The position numbers and the translations under genes are program-made. The notes under the pieces were generated by a model. It saw only the letters and a list, made by a program, of their open reading frames with translations. It searched no databases and was not told the origin of the DNA. This document shows positions 54,918 through 64,000 of a stretch of DNA of 64,000 nt, in pieces (position 1 is the stretch's first letter; each line of letters begins with the position of its first letter). Source of the stretch: an uncultured virus (IMG/VR IMGVR_UViG_3300032676_000720) (Duplodnaviria; Heunggongvirae; Uroviricota; Caudoviricetes); IMG/VR virus record IMGVR_UViG_3300032676_000720; one strand, 5' to 3'.

Positions 54918-55744
54918 TATCTTTTTACCGGAGTTTGTATCATTTGTTTATTAATATCATTCTTTTTAAGTTTTTCCCAAGGATCCTGTTGACCTAGTTT
55001 TACATTTTGCCAGAAAGAAAGGTCTTTACCTTTTGACACTAGATAAGAAGCAATCTTTTCAGCGTCAACTAATCTGCCATTGCCATATGAAGGATGATGG
55101 AAATCTTTTGGACTACTAGGATTACCTTCTAATACCTCACGATTTTTAAATGTAAGGTCTGCGTTGCTACCAGTTAAGTCATGTCTATCGTGTGTAGCGT
55201 AAATTTCTACAATTTCCATAATGTCAAGCATATAAGCAATTTGACTTAACTCAGCATCAATCATTTGATGACGTGAGAAGAATCCAAATAAGTCATACCA
55301 TTCTTTAGGAACAATAGGGAAAATAGAATATGGATGTTCGCGATGAACATGGATTTTAAGTAGTTTGAATTCACCAGTATGATCAGTGATAATTTTATCC
55401 CAACCTGTAGTTTCCATCAAAGCATCGTCATTCCAAACAAACAACCAATCAGCTGATGCTTGTGCGGCTAAGCCATTATAGTAACGATTTAATCCAACAT
55501 AACCCATTGGTTCAAATACCATTACAGTATAATGAATTCCTTTTTGTTCCATCCAAGGCTGGATTGATTCGGAAAAATATTTTAATCCAACTTCATCATC
55601 ATTATCAAATGCTAATAATAATTGGACCCCGTCAATATCAAGTACTCTGTTAAAAACACTAATAATACTTAATTTTAATGCTGTAGTTCTGCCTCTTGTA
55701 GGAAGCATTACCGCTATTTTATAATCGTTTTTGGACTGGGCCAT
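54917..55744 (-). CDS. GT2-like glycosyltransferase
   Basis: LPTRGR, FDNDD, WNDD. Confidence 0.75.
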   Translation of the reverse strand: MAQSKNDYKIAVMLPTRGRTTALKLSIISVFNRVLDIDGVQLLLAFDNDDEVGLKYFSESIQPWMEQKGIHYTVMVFEPMGYVGLNRYYNGLAAQASADWLFVWNDDALMETTGWDKIITDHTGEFKLLKIHVHREHPYSIFPIVPKEWYDLFGFFSRHQMIDAELSQIAYMLDIMEIVEIYATHDRHDLTGSNADLTFKNREVLEGNPSSPKDFHHPSYGNGRLVDAEKIASYLVSKGKDLSFWQNVKLGQQDPWEKLKKNDINKQMIQTPVKR

Positions 55745-55803
55745 TGTTATCCTTTGTACAGTTTGTACTATTTACTGGATAATATAGGTACTTAATAATT
55801 TTC

Positions 55804-56088
55804 TTAATCTTTGTAGATAGTGGACCATGTAACTAACTTAGCTGACTTTTTTAAGGTAGCATCGTGTAGTTCTTTCTCAGTAAATAGTTCGTGAGCTTTG
55901 AGTAATTCAATTAATAAAGTGACATCGCCTAATTCTTGTATCAATTCTTCGCGTTGAGTGCGCCCAGATTTGAGATTTTCTCCTTCTATCCCAAATCTGC
56001 GGCACTTGCTTATAGCTTGAATAACTTCAGCACACTCTTCTTGTAGAATGTCTAAAATTTCGTTAATTTTAGGCGAAGAGGTCTTCAT
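55804..56088 (-). CDS. MazG-like pyrophosphohydrolase
   Basis: EECAEVIQA, QELGD. Confidence 0.75.
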   Translation of the reverse strand: MKTSSPKINEILDILQEECAEVIQAISKCRRFGIEGENLKSGRTQREELIQELGDVTLLIELLKAHELFTEKELHDATLKKSAKLVTWSTIYKD

Positions 56089-56572
56089 TCCATTCCCTGT
56101 GTCCTTCGCGATACGCCATGTTAGACATTGTTTCGCGAACTTCTACACGATAGCACCATAAGCGGTCAGCTTCGGATTGTCCCCACATATCAGGTATGTA
56201 AACTCCGTTAACATATTTGTAAAGTTGATCAGCTAGGCCTTCACAACCTAATTTAGGAAGAATGGTTAGTTTAGCAAGATTGCGTTTTTCCATTTCTTTA
56301 TAAAAGTCAAGTTCCGGATCATCTTCTGCTACTAACAATGTATGGTCAAACTGTGACTCTAATACCGATTTCAATTCTTTAAGTCCACCGTAATCGGCTG
56401 CCCAGTTGCGTACATCTAAATCATTTGTACCAAAATAAAACTTCATACTAAATGAATAGCCATGAATTAAATTACAATGACTATCAGCTCTCCATTGACG
56501 ATAAGCGCAAGGAAATGCGTCATGATATTCTTTAGTACTTGTGTATTTGTATTGTATTGCTTGGTTTGCCAT
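56069..56572 (-). CDS. queD: 6-carboxy-tetrahydropterin synthase
   Basis: CNLIHGY, FDHTL, EVRET. Confidence 0.85.
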   Translation of the reverse strand: MANQAIQYKYTSTKEYHDAFPCAYRQWRADSHCNLIHGYSFSMKFYFGTNDLDVRNWAADYGGLKELKSVLESQFDHTLLVAEDDPELDFYKEMEKRNLAKLTILPKLGCEGLADQLYKYVNGVYIPDMWGQSEADRLWCYRVEVRETMSNMAYREGHREWNEDLFA

Positions 56573-56578
56573 TTATTT

Positions 56579-56644
56579 CTCCTATGTTAGATTATAGCAT
56601 AGGCAGCAGAATTTGTATACCGGGATGATGCTCAAAAGACCGGT
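56579..56644 (-). promoter_or_regulatory. Candidate preQ1-I-like riboswitch plus SD-sequestering hairpin
   Basis: ACCGG/CCGGT stem, loop AGCA pairing with downstream TGCT, ATACAAA linker; CCTATG/CATAGG overlaps the SD. Confidence 0.5.
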
Positions 56645-56649
56645 TGAAA

Positions 56650-56826
56650 CTATTTATTATCAGATTCTGGTGTAGCAGCAGGAGCTACTGGCTTTTCGGT
56701 AGTACCCATCTTTTTAGCAAGGTATGGATCAACATATGGTTTGTTAACTGTTTCGTCGGCCACATTCCAACCAATGGCACTAAAGAATCCTACAATTAAC
56801 CAAGTTCCTATAAGTTCAATGATCAT
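56650..56826 (-). CDS. Small membrane protein
   Basis: MIIELIGTWLIVGFFSAIGW. Confidence 0.5.
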   Translation of the reverse strand: MIIELIGTWLIVGFFSAIGWNVADETVNKPYVDPYLAKKMGTTEKPVAPAATPESDNK

Positions 56827-56910
56827 ATTTTTATTATTACGAAAAAAGATATTGTATAAATGCGACAAACATAATCCAATATATATAAATTTCGTGTAGT
56901 ATCTGTTCAA

Positions 56911-57711
56911 TCATCTCGGGGCAAAGTCCTGTTGTAGTTTGATATTGTCCATAAACTCTTTCTTAGTGCCAGCATCTTCATTAAATGCTCCACGCAATAC
57001 AGTAGTCTGTGTCAGACTAGAGTGTGCCATAATACCTCTATTTTCGCAACAACCGTGAACAGCCTGTATATATACACCTACGTCTTTACTATCAGTTGCT
57101 TTCATTATTTCTTTAGCGATGTCATTACATAGTTCCTCTTGTAAAGTCCCACGGCGAGCACACCATTGAGCAATCCTTGTATACTTAGAAAGACCAATGA
57201 GCTTGTTGGCAGCGATGATCCCGATATAGGCAACCCCACTAACTGGCTGATGATGATGACTACACATACTACGCAATTCACTGCGAACAACCAACATACC
57301 TTCATATCTATCCTCTGAATTATTTGGAAACGCTGTACAATCTGGAGCCGGCTCATATCGCCCTGCCATAATTTCGTTAAAATACATCTTAGCTAATCTT
57401 TTAGCTGTGCCTTTACTGTTGGGATCATTTTCGCGATCAATAAGCAATGCGTCTAGTACACCTTCAAATGCTATAGTGGCATTAGCAATTAATTCATCTC
57501 TGTGCCCGACTACATACTCACTAATGTTATCCCCAGCCCAGAAGCGTTTCTTATCGCGTTTCATATTAAAACGGATAGCATCGGCTAAGGTTGCTTCTTC
57601 GTACCCTTTGTCGCTCATCATCATTGCGGCATCTTCGTAGCCAGGATGATACGGTGCTTCTTCTACTAATTTCTTAGCGTTTTCTCTATCTTCTGTTGTA
57701 AATGATGTCAT
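56911..57711 (-). CDS. folE: GTP cyclohydrolase I
   Basis: SMCSHH, IGLSK, LQE, HGC..RG. Confidence 0.95.
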   Translation of the reverse strand: MTSFTTEDRENAKKLVEEAPYHPGYEDAAMMMSDKGYEEATLADAIRFNMKRDKKRFWAGDNISEYVVGHRDELIANATIAFEGVLDALLIDRENDPNSKGTAKRLAKMYFNEIMAGRYEPAPDCTAFPNNSEDRYEGMLVVRSELRSMCSHHHQPVSGVAYIGIIAANKLIGLSKYTRIAQWCARRGTLQEELCNDIAKEIMKATDSKDVGVYIQAVHGCCENRGIMAHSSLTQTTVLRGAFNEDAGTKKEFMDNIKLQQDFAPR

Positions 57712-58106
57712 TCGTTTTCCTCTGATAATCTGTCAATAATTTCTTGTTGCTCTTGTTCTTTCATTTGATTTATGTCTAACTTTTCAAATCTATAGCCATA
57801 TCTCATTGATGGCATAAGCGCAATCTTTTCAAACATATCCATTTGGTCAGTTGTAACGCCATAGATATAGCCTCTAACTTCTTCACTTTCTGTTTCCGCG
57901 TTAGCAAGTTTAGAACCTCTTTTGGAAGCGCCATGTAGTGTAGAACGCCAAGCATAGTATTCTTCATCGATTGAATCAACAAACCCTTTTAATTTAGGAT
58001 CATCCTTTTTAGCAACCCATACAATGTATAAGTTGTCAGATTCATATAACAAAGTATGCTCAGTTTCGTTAGAAGTTATACGCTCAAATTGTTCTGTTAG
58101 TATCAT
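57708..58106 (-). CDS. Hypothetical protein
   Basis: ORF track; TTGACT-17-TATAAT (58117-58145). Confidence 0.55.
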   Translation of the reverse strand: MILTEQFERITSNETEHTLLYESDNLYIVWVAKKDDPKLKGFVDSIDEEYYAWRSTLHGASKRGSKLANAETESEEVRGYIYGVTTDQMDMFEKIALMPSMRYGYRFEKLDINQMKEQEQQEIIDRLSEENE

Positions 58107-58148
58107 ATATGCTTTTATTATAAAGGTTATTTAGGTTTAAGTCAATTA

Positions 58149-59204
58149 CTATGTAATATTTTTTAACAGATTTGTAGCCGAAAAGAAGTTTTCAGAAAGA
58201 TCCTTGGCTTGTTTTTCGATATATGGAATTCGAACATCATATGATTCCATATCTTCTATAATAACCTTACATAAGTCTGGACGATAAACATTATACGCTT
58301 CATAACTTTCAGTCCATATACTAGGATATTTGAAATGATTATAATACATTTCAGTATAACTTAATCGATCCGGAACTAGGGGAATGGCTCCTAGTAATGC
58401 GCCTTCGTAACAGCTAATGCCAAGTGTTTCTTGTAAGTTAGCAGAGAACACAATCTTAGCTTCGCCCAACAATGTGTGATATTCATGTTTAGTAAGTTCT
58501 TGTTCTTGACAAACAACGAATTCATATTGTGGTAAGTGTGTAGCCAAATCTTTAAAAATGTCTACTTGTTTTTCTGGAGCAATACGATGTGGAAATAAGA
58601 TTAAGTCACGCTTTTTTAAATTCTTATAAGGAGCCAGTTCAGCTTCCATATACTCCATGGGCCATCCTGTTTGTGTTACATAAGGATTGGTACCATTATC
58701 TTCTACATCAAATAAGTTTTTAGCAAACATTTTGATATGAAAATCTGTAGCAAAGTAGTTGTGGTCGTATGAAAAGAAATAACTCTTTTCAGCGTGACGC
58801 ACCCATGGCTTATCTCCAACTAAGCGTCCAAGAAAGTCTTGAGGATCATAACTGCCAGCATGCCATAAGCCATGTGTGGTTACAGGAATCTGTAACAACT
58901 CGCTCATGTATTTTAAGTTTATGATGCCAGGATGCCAAGCATCAGTAAAAATGAAATGATCACCAGGATTAACTGCTCCGGAGCAAAATAAACGGCCCAT
59001 CTGCTCAACTTGATTAGCCTTGTATATATTGGTGCCACCAAAATTAAGAAAAGCACCAGGAGTAGTGGCTTTAGGAATATCCTCAGGGCCAGCGATAATT
59101 TGAACATCGTGTCCTCTCTTTCTAAGAAGGTTAGGTAAGTGAGTTTTCCACTCGCAGGTATAACGAGTGGAAACACTTTCTAGATCGACTAAAAAAACGG
59201 TCAA
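58149..59204 (-). CDS. GT-B fold glycosyltransferase-like protein
   Basis: FPHRIAPEKQ, QETLGISCYEG. Confidence 0.7.
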   Translation of the reverse strand: MTVFLVDLESVSTRYTCEWKTHLPNLLRKRGHDVQIIAGPEDIPKATTPGAFLNFGGTNIYKANQVEQMGRLFCSGAVNPGDHFIFTDAWHPGIINLKYMSELLQIPVTTHGLWHAGSYDPQDFLGRLVGDKPWVRHAEKSYFFSYDHNYFATDFHIKMFAKNLFDVEDNGTNPYVTQTGWPMEYMEAELAPYKNLKKRDLILFPHRIAPEKQVDIFKDLATHLPQYEFVVCQEQELTKHEYHTLLGEAKIVFSANLQETLGISCYEGALLGAIPLVPDRLSYTEMYYNHFKYPSIWTESYEAYNVYRPDLCKVIIEDMESYDVRIPYIEKQAKDLSENFFSATNLLKNIT

Positions 59205-59422
59205 ATCGGTCTTCCTAAACGACGTGCGTCTTCAACCCACATATTCTTAGCATTTTTGCCTTGAATAAATTTGTTGTACTGTTGCCAAGCATAGCTCTTA
59301 AAGTTATACAAGTCTCCTTCGTTGAAACGATATCCGTAGTCAACGCAGAAGTCTAGAAACTTACCAAGGTCATCTTGGACTGATAGTGCGCGAGCACTGG
59401 GTTTATATTGTTGCTTACCCAT
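59201..59422 (-). CDS. Hypothetical protein
   Basis: ORF track; SD AAGGA. Confidence 0.65.
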   Translation of the reverse strand: MGKQQYKPSARALSVQDDLGKFLDFCVDYGYRFNEGDLYNFKSYAWQQYNKFIQGKNAKNMWVEDARRLGRPI

Positions 59423-59431
59423 TGTGTTTCC

Positions 59432-59887
59432 TTAAAATTTAATACTATTTGTTGGGCGAGAAAGTTCATACTTTATGAGGCAACCGTTCTCACCATCTTC
59501 GGCTACTTCAATCCATACAGCACGTTCAGGATACCTGGCGGCTATTTGTACATACAAGTCATCGGCTATCATTTCACATGACTTAAAATCGAGTTCTAAA
59601 ATATCTTTACTGTACAAACTTTCTAACCAGCGTTTAAATTGTATGAACTCCAAATCTCTATTCGAATGCCAAACATCAATCCAAACTTTAAACCAGAACA
59701 CGTGCCTGTGTGGACTAGCTAAAAAGCTAACATCATATTCGCCGGCTGTACATAAATTAGGATCTGTGGCTGCCGCTGGATAACGATGGATACCTTCTCT
59801 ACGGAAAGTACACCAAATTTTACGCTCGGCATTTTCTTTAATGCGGTTAGCTTTTTCTAATAATGCTTGTTGTCGTTGTTGATCCAT
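59432..59887 (-). CDS. Second QueD/PTPS-like T-fold protein
   Basis: GIH, HRH, SCEMIA, EDGENG. Confidence 0.6.
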   Translation of the reverse strand: MDQQRQQALLEKANRIKENAERKIWCTFRREGIHRYPAAATDPNLCTAGEYDVSFLASPHRHVFWFKVWIDVWHSNRDLEFIQFKRWLESLYSKDILELDFKSCEMIADDLYVQIAARYPERAVWIEVAEDGENGCLIKYELSRPTNSIKF

Positions 59888-59888
59888 T

Positions 59889-60185
59889 TTAATGTTTCCA
59901 AAGTTCCATTGCTACAATTTTTCCGATTGTTTCTGCTACATCTGTCCCATCCGGAATAATATGGGTTGAATAATTGGTACGACTGTTTTTATCATCGTAC
60001 TTGCGGAGTTGTACAATAGTGCCACCTTGTGCTGGCATTACATTAAATGATAGTCCGTTAACATCAATCGATGGGTCGTTACCGTCTAAACAAACTTCAG
60101 TAGGATAGCAGTCATCTCTTTCAACAGTCATATAACCAGCACCTAGCCAGTTTAATATAGCAAGTCGCCATTTTCTTGGTAACAT
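59889..60185 (-). CDS. Hypothetical protein
   Basis: SD AAGGA before ATG 60185. Confidence 0.6.
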   Translation of the reverse strand: MLPRKWRLAILNWLGAGYMTVERDDCYPTEVCLDGNDPSIDVNGLSFNVMPAQGGTIVQLRKYDDKNSRTNYSTHIIPDGTDVAETIGKIVAMELWKH

Positions 60186-60186
60186 A

Positions 60187-60783
60187 TTATTCCTTATTTC
60201 CGTAATCAAAAATTGATCCAAATGTAGATTTAGACATAGTTTTAAGTTTATCCATGTTGCTATCGGAAATTCGCCAATCTAAAGATCTTGTTTTGGTTGG
60301 ATTTGTATTTTCAAAATAACCATAAAATCCTCCTTTTTGGGAAGTGTATGCAATTTGAGGATTTTTGATTATTTGATTTCTTGCGTGTTTATAGGCTTGC
60401 TCGCATATATCTTGTACATGAGGCTGATCAAAATCAATAAGGTCAATATCAACTATAATACTATTTTTGTCTAATGTAGCTCTTAATTGTTTTTTAATTT
60501 TTTTATGAATAGGTGTATCATACCAATTAACAATACTGATAACATCTTCTGGCAACATTGTGCCTACAGTTTGAGCACTGGTAGCATTTTCATGTCGAGT
60601 CTTGAACTCCCAGTCAAATTCTTTACAATCTACACCATTACCACGATTTATGTTAATGCCCATAGATTCAATTTTATTTTCAAAATCTCTGCCAGCATCT
60701 CCATGTTTTTCATTAGTTAGGACTGTGCCTATTAATGATTTTTTAATCATATCTAGAATGAATTTTTCTTGTGCGGTAATCAT
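60187..60783 (-). CDS. Possible PD-(D/E)xK nuclease
   Basis: GRDFE...GVD...WEFKTR. Confidence 0.5.
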   Translation of the reverse strand: MITAQEKFILDMIKKSLIGTVLTNEKHGDAGRDFENKIESMGININRGNGVDCKEFDWEFKTRHENATSAQTVGTMLPEDVISIVNWYDTPIHKKIKKQLRATLDKNSIIVDIDLIDFDQPHVQDICEQAYKHARNQIIKNPQIAYTSQKGGFYGYFENTNPTKTRSLDWRISDSNMDKLKTMSKSTFGSIFDYGNKE

Positions 60784-61298
60784 TTGATTTCTTCATCTTG
60801 AGTATACTGATCCCAGTATGTATATTTGTCTTTGGCCATTAAATCATGTAGCTGGTGCGTCCATACTCCAGGATTACTATGACCCCATGTTGTGTCATCT
60901 AATTTAAGTGTAGCGTTATAATTAAATTGTTTAATGTAAGGCAATTTACAACTAATCATAGGAATAAATCTTGGATATTCAGAATAACCAGATTCGATAA
61001 CACCTTCTGCGTGTTTAATATCAAAATCCAATGTAATCCAATACCCAGTTTCTAGCAATGGCATAATAACTTCATCCCAGGGCCGATATTCTGCCTGCGT
61101 TACTGCTTTAGGATTGAAACTTTGACTTGTGCCAAAATAGATATGTTTACAATCAGCTTCGATTGCTTTTTCGAGAATTTCTCTTACTGGCGGGGTACCG
61201 ACTACAAATAATGTTTTCATACCATACGCAATAGTATGCTCGACTTCGTAGCCTGTAAAGTAAACTACATCTTGTCTTTGTTCAGTGTTTAATCCCAC
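60780..61298 (-). CDS. Hypothetical protein in the modification cluster
   Basis: FTGYEVEHT, HIYFG, KLDD..W..SNPGVW. Confidence 0.65.
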   Translation of the reverse strand: MGLNTEQRQDVVYFTGYEVEHTIAYGMKTLFVVGTPPVREILEKAIEADCKHIYFGTSQSFNPKAVTQAEYRPWDEVIMPLLETGYWITLDFDIKHAEGVIESGYSEYPRFIPMISCKLPYIKQFNYNATLKLDDTTWGHSNPGVWTHQLHDLMAKDKYTYWDQYTQDEEIK

Positions 61299-62179
61299 TT
61301 GATATAACCTCTACTGTAGCCGCTTGGACGGTCCTTACCATCCGCAAACGCCTGATCCCACTCTATGTTACGATTATAACACTTAGTCCAGAACTTGTCA
61401 ACATCAAGTTGTCCAGATTGAATCCAATATACTGCTTTCTTCATATGCCAAATAAATTCTGGATTACGAGGACTAGGGAATACCATTGTACAGGCTTTCC
61501 ATAATAAATTGGCAAAGTCTGTAGTTACTTTCTTTTGTGCTCCAAAAATAATTAAGGCTTGGTTAGCTAAAAAGTCTTCATCAAATACAGCAGAGCCAGA
61601 ACTTAAATCGATAACAATTTCGTATTTCTTTTCTGGAATAGTAGGAACCATAATATCGCCCCATAAGTCTTTATTACTACGACCTACTACAGTAATATCA
61701 TTTTGTACCTTGTCAATCTTAAGTGTGTTATACGCTACCCATGCTAAGAATCCGCTACCAAGAATTAGTATGTTACCGTTGCGCTTGTCAATTTCGTGTT
61801 GTGCTTGACGAATCAAATTGATACCACAAGCTACAGGTTCTATAATATATTTAGGATCAGCTTGGGGAATAACTACAAATTCATCTTTACGAACATTGTA
61901 GTAATCAGCATAAGCAGGTTCGCCGCGAGTAGCAACATAATCGCCTACTTGAACATCAACAACATTACCACCTACTTGGGTAACTTGACCAACACCTTCG
62001 TGTCCGCTCATTTCAATAGGCAATGGACCAAATCCACCTGTCATCATATCAATGTCCGAACGGCATACTCCAGTCATTACAGCCTTGACTTCGATTTCGT
62101 TTTCGGTGTTATCTGGCTTGTCCCACGCTAGCTCACTGAACGAACCTTTGCCGTCAGTAGCTAATAATCTTACTTTCAT
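61289..62179 (-). CDS. Zn-dependent (MDR) dehydrogenase
   Basis: GVCRSD, GHEGVG, EPVAC, ILGSG. Confidence 0.85.
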   Translation of the reverse strand: MKVRLLATDGKGSFSELAWDKPDNTENEIEVKAVMTGVCRSDIDMMTGGFGPLPIEMSGHEGVGQVTQVGGNVVDVQVGDYVATRGEPAYADYYNVRKDEFVVIPQADPKYIIEPVACGINLIRQAQHEIDKRNGNILILGSGFLAWVAYNTLKIDKVQNDITVVGRSNKDLWGDIMVPTIPEKKYEIVIDLSSGSAVFDEDFLANQALIIFGAQKKVTTDFANLLWKACTMVFPSPRNPEFIWHMKKAVYWIQSGQLDVDKFWTKCYNRNIEWDQAFADGKDRPSGYSRGYIKWD

Positions 62180-63087
62180 GCTAACTCGTAAATGTCAATG
62201 TTTTCAATAGTCTTGTGAATCCATACATCTAATTCTAGTTGTAGGTCCCAAAACGCCGGTGTGTCTTTCATTTCTATAGCAGTACTAATCATACGCTTAT
62301 ATGCATCTTCTGGACATAATCCAAGTTCGAAGTAGTAATGGCTACCATCTTCAAATGTCATTAAAATACTACGGTCATCACCAGTTAATGTGCGCCAGTT
62401 AGATTCAATAATCCAATGGCAGCCATGTGTATCCACATAACTTAATTCCACTTGATCTTCTACATCATAGATACCGTTAACATCTACACGGCCATAATCT
62501 GTTTGTGTAAGTTCAGGTAATGTCCAAAAGCGTTCAGCCGATTCTGTAAGCATATTTGCTTGGTCGTAACTAAATCCAGATAATGATTGGAATAAACTTA
62601 ACAAATGCGGAAGTAAATCTCTACTGACTCCACCGTATGCTAAACTCTTAGTAGTAAACCATGTACCCGGATTAGGAACACGGTCATTGTTGTTCCAAGT
62701 TAAGTTAATGATTTTTGCTTTGTGTGCTAGTTGTGTTAGTGTAGCAATATTTTCACGATACTGATTATTCTTAACCATCATGAAGCGTGTATCAGGATAA
62801 TCGTCTACAAGATTATACCACGCTACTGCTGACTCTAGTCCTGGCTTCTCGATAAACACAATACGAGTATGATTTGCTATAGCACGAGCAATATCTTCGT
62901 GTGTAAAATTAGGAGTACAAATATGAGCAGTATCAAAACAAGCATGATCCTTGAATACTTCTTCCAATTCATAATAATCGGCGTCTTTACTTAAATCAGG
63001 ATCGACTGTAACAATCTCATGACCAAGTTCAGTTAATACTTGTTTGTATAACTGCCCAATGCCCATTCCTACAATAAGACTTTTCAT
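62176..63087 (-). CDS. Gfo/Idh/MocA oxidoreductase
   Basis: CTPNFTH, IEKP, GGVSRDLLPH. Confidence 0.85.
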   Translation of the reverse strand: MKSLIVGMGIGQLYKQVLTELGHEIVTVDPDLSKDADYYELEEVFKDHACFDTAHICTPNFTHEDIARAIANHTRIVFIEKPGLESAVAWYNLVDDYPDTRFMMVKNNQYRENIATLTQLAHKAKIINLTWNNNDRVPNPGTWFTTKSLAYGGVSRDLLPHLLSLFQSLSGFSYDQANMLTESAERFWTLPELTQTDYGRVDVNGIYDVEDQVELSYVDTHGCHWIIESNWRTLTGDDRSILMTFEDGSHYYFELGLCPEDAYKRMISTAIEMKDTPAFWDLQLELDVWIHKTIENIDIYELA

Positions 63088-64000
63088 GCTTCACTTTCAA
63101 GTGCGTCAAGTTTAGTTTCATCCAATCCAGAATCATCCATATGGTGTTCTTCTGGTTCCTCTGCTTCAAATAAATTACTAAACATAGTACTAGCATTAAC
63201 TGTTTTCTTACCAGTAGCGCCACGAGTACCGATAATGCTTTGCCAAAACTTATCATACAAATCAATAATAGCAATAGCTGTTTCACGATCCGGAGCAGCA
63301 AATATTGCTTCTACTACATCCTTAAAGTATACAGTATCAAAGCGTTCATCTACAAGCATATTGGGACATTTGCCCGCATCATACTCGCGATTAGCTCGTT
63401 GTACTGATTCTAAGTGTGTCCAAACATTATGTCCCATGAGTAATGCGTAAGAGAATGAATCCCAACTTGTTTTACCTTCTTTGCCTACTTTATTTTTGTC
63501 GCCTGGTTTATATATGCAAATATCTTTAATCTGTAAGTTATTACTAACAGGACTATCGTCGAAGTGATGAATTAGTTTATCTTGTAATACAGCATCGCTA
63601 AATTTGCGTGTATCTGTGGCATACTTTTTATCGTCAACGATAGCACTCATACGATAACACCACTTCTTACGATCTTCGATATCTATTTGATGGTAGACTT
63701 GTCCATTAGCGGTTGCTAAGAATGGACTAGCACAATCAAAACTAATAGTGAAAGCAGGATTAACATACTTACGAACAGCCCGTTGAATATCAGTCAACAA
63801 TAATGCCCATTCTAGTTTACTTGTACCCAAGAAGTGCATCCAATCTTGTTTACCTTCTTGTAGTAATCCATCGAACTTCAGTGCTACTAGTCTACGCAAT
63901 ACTAAGTCAACGTCACACATATTCTGGCCACCCATAGCCCAACCATTAAATGCCTTATTGCCGTAAATGTTTGGATCGCAGAAGTCTTTCATCTGAGCAT
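63084..64000 (-). CDS. TGT/DpdA-like transglycosylase (start lies beyond the window)
   Basis: GWAMGG, MHFLG, SFDCASP, HN motifs; frame open past 64000; near folE/queD/queE. Confidence 0.7.
   Translation of the reverse strand, partial: AQMKDFCDPNIYGNKAFNGWAMGGQNMCDVDLVLRRLVALKFDGLLQEGKQDWMHFLGTSKLEWALLLTDIQRAVRKYVNPAFTISFDCASPFLATANGQVYHQIDIEDRKKWCYRMSAIVDDKKYATDTRKFSDAVLQDKLIHHFDDSPVSNNLQIKDICIYKPGDKNKVGKEGKTSWDSFSYALLMGHNVWTHLESVQRANREYDAGKCPNMLVDERFDTVYFKDVVEAIFAAPDRETAIAIIDLYDKFWQSIIGTRGATGKKTVNASTMFSNLFEAEEPEEHHMDDSGLDETKLDALESEA

Noticed and set aside
1207..63450. Most short plus-strand ORFs opposite long minus-strand genes
   Set aside because: Antisense shadows without promoters, SDs or recognisable motifs

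Overview
This 64 kb window looks like part of a large, AT-rich tailed-phage genome using the standard genetic code, with most genes on the minus strand. A betaproteobacterial host is inferred only from the CspA-, RpoZ-, Bug/TctC- and DctP-like genes. From left to right: a late-expressed metabolic cassette (amidohydrolase, two orphan solute-binding proteins, two PP-loop ATPases), a glycosyltransferase and an epimerase, an internally deleted thyX, and a MoxR ATPase with its VWA/metallopeptidase partner flanking small paralogous ORFs. Next come 11 dispersed 2OG-Fe(II)/cupin-like oxygenases, then 33 tRNA genes (several atypical) interleaved with nucleases and unexplained structured RNAs. The right half holds a circularly permuted tmRNA, cspA, three GIY-YIG-like homing endonucleases, MazG-like and RNase H genes, and a 7-deazaguanine (DpdA/TGT, FolE, QueD, QueE) plus NDP-sugar cluster with MetK. 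Top leads: (1) a candidate attenuator upstream of the tRNA array, whose 53-codon leader peptide uses all 20 amino acids and may sense host tRNA depletion; (2) ORFs in the array whose stop codons lie inside the next tRNA; (3) a preQ1-I-like pseudoknot upstream of queD; (4) one shared stem motif enclosing four different RNAs. All calls were made by eye, with no searches or folding programs run.
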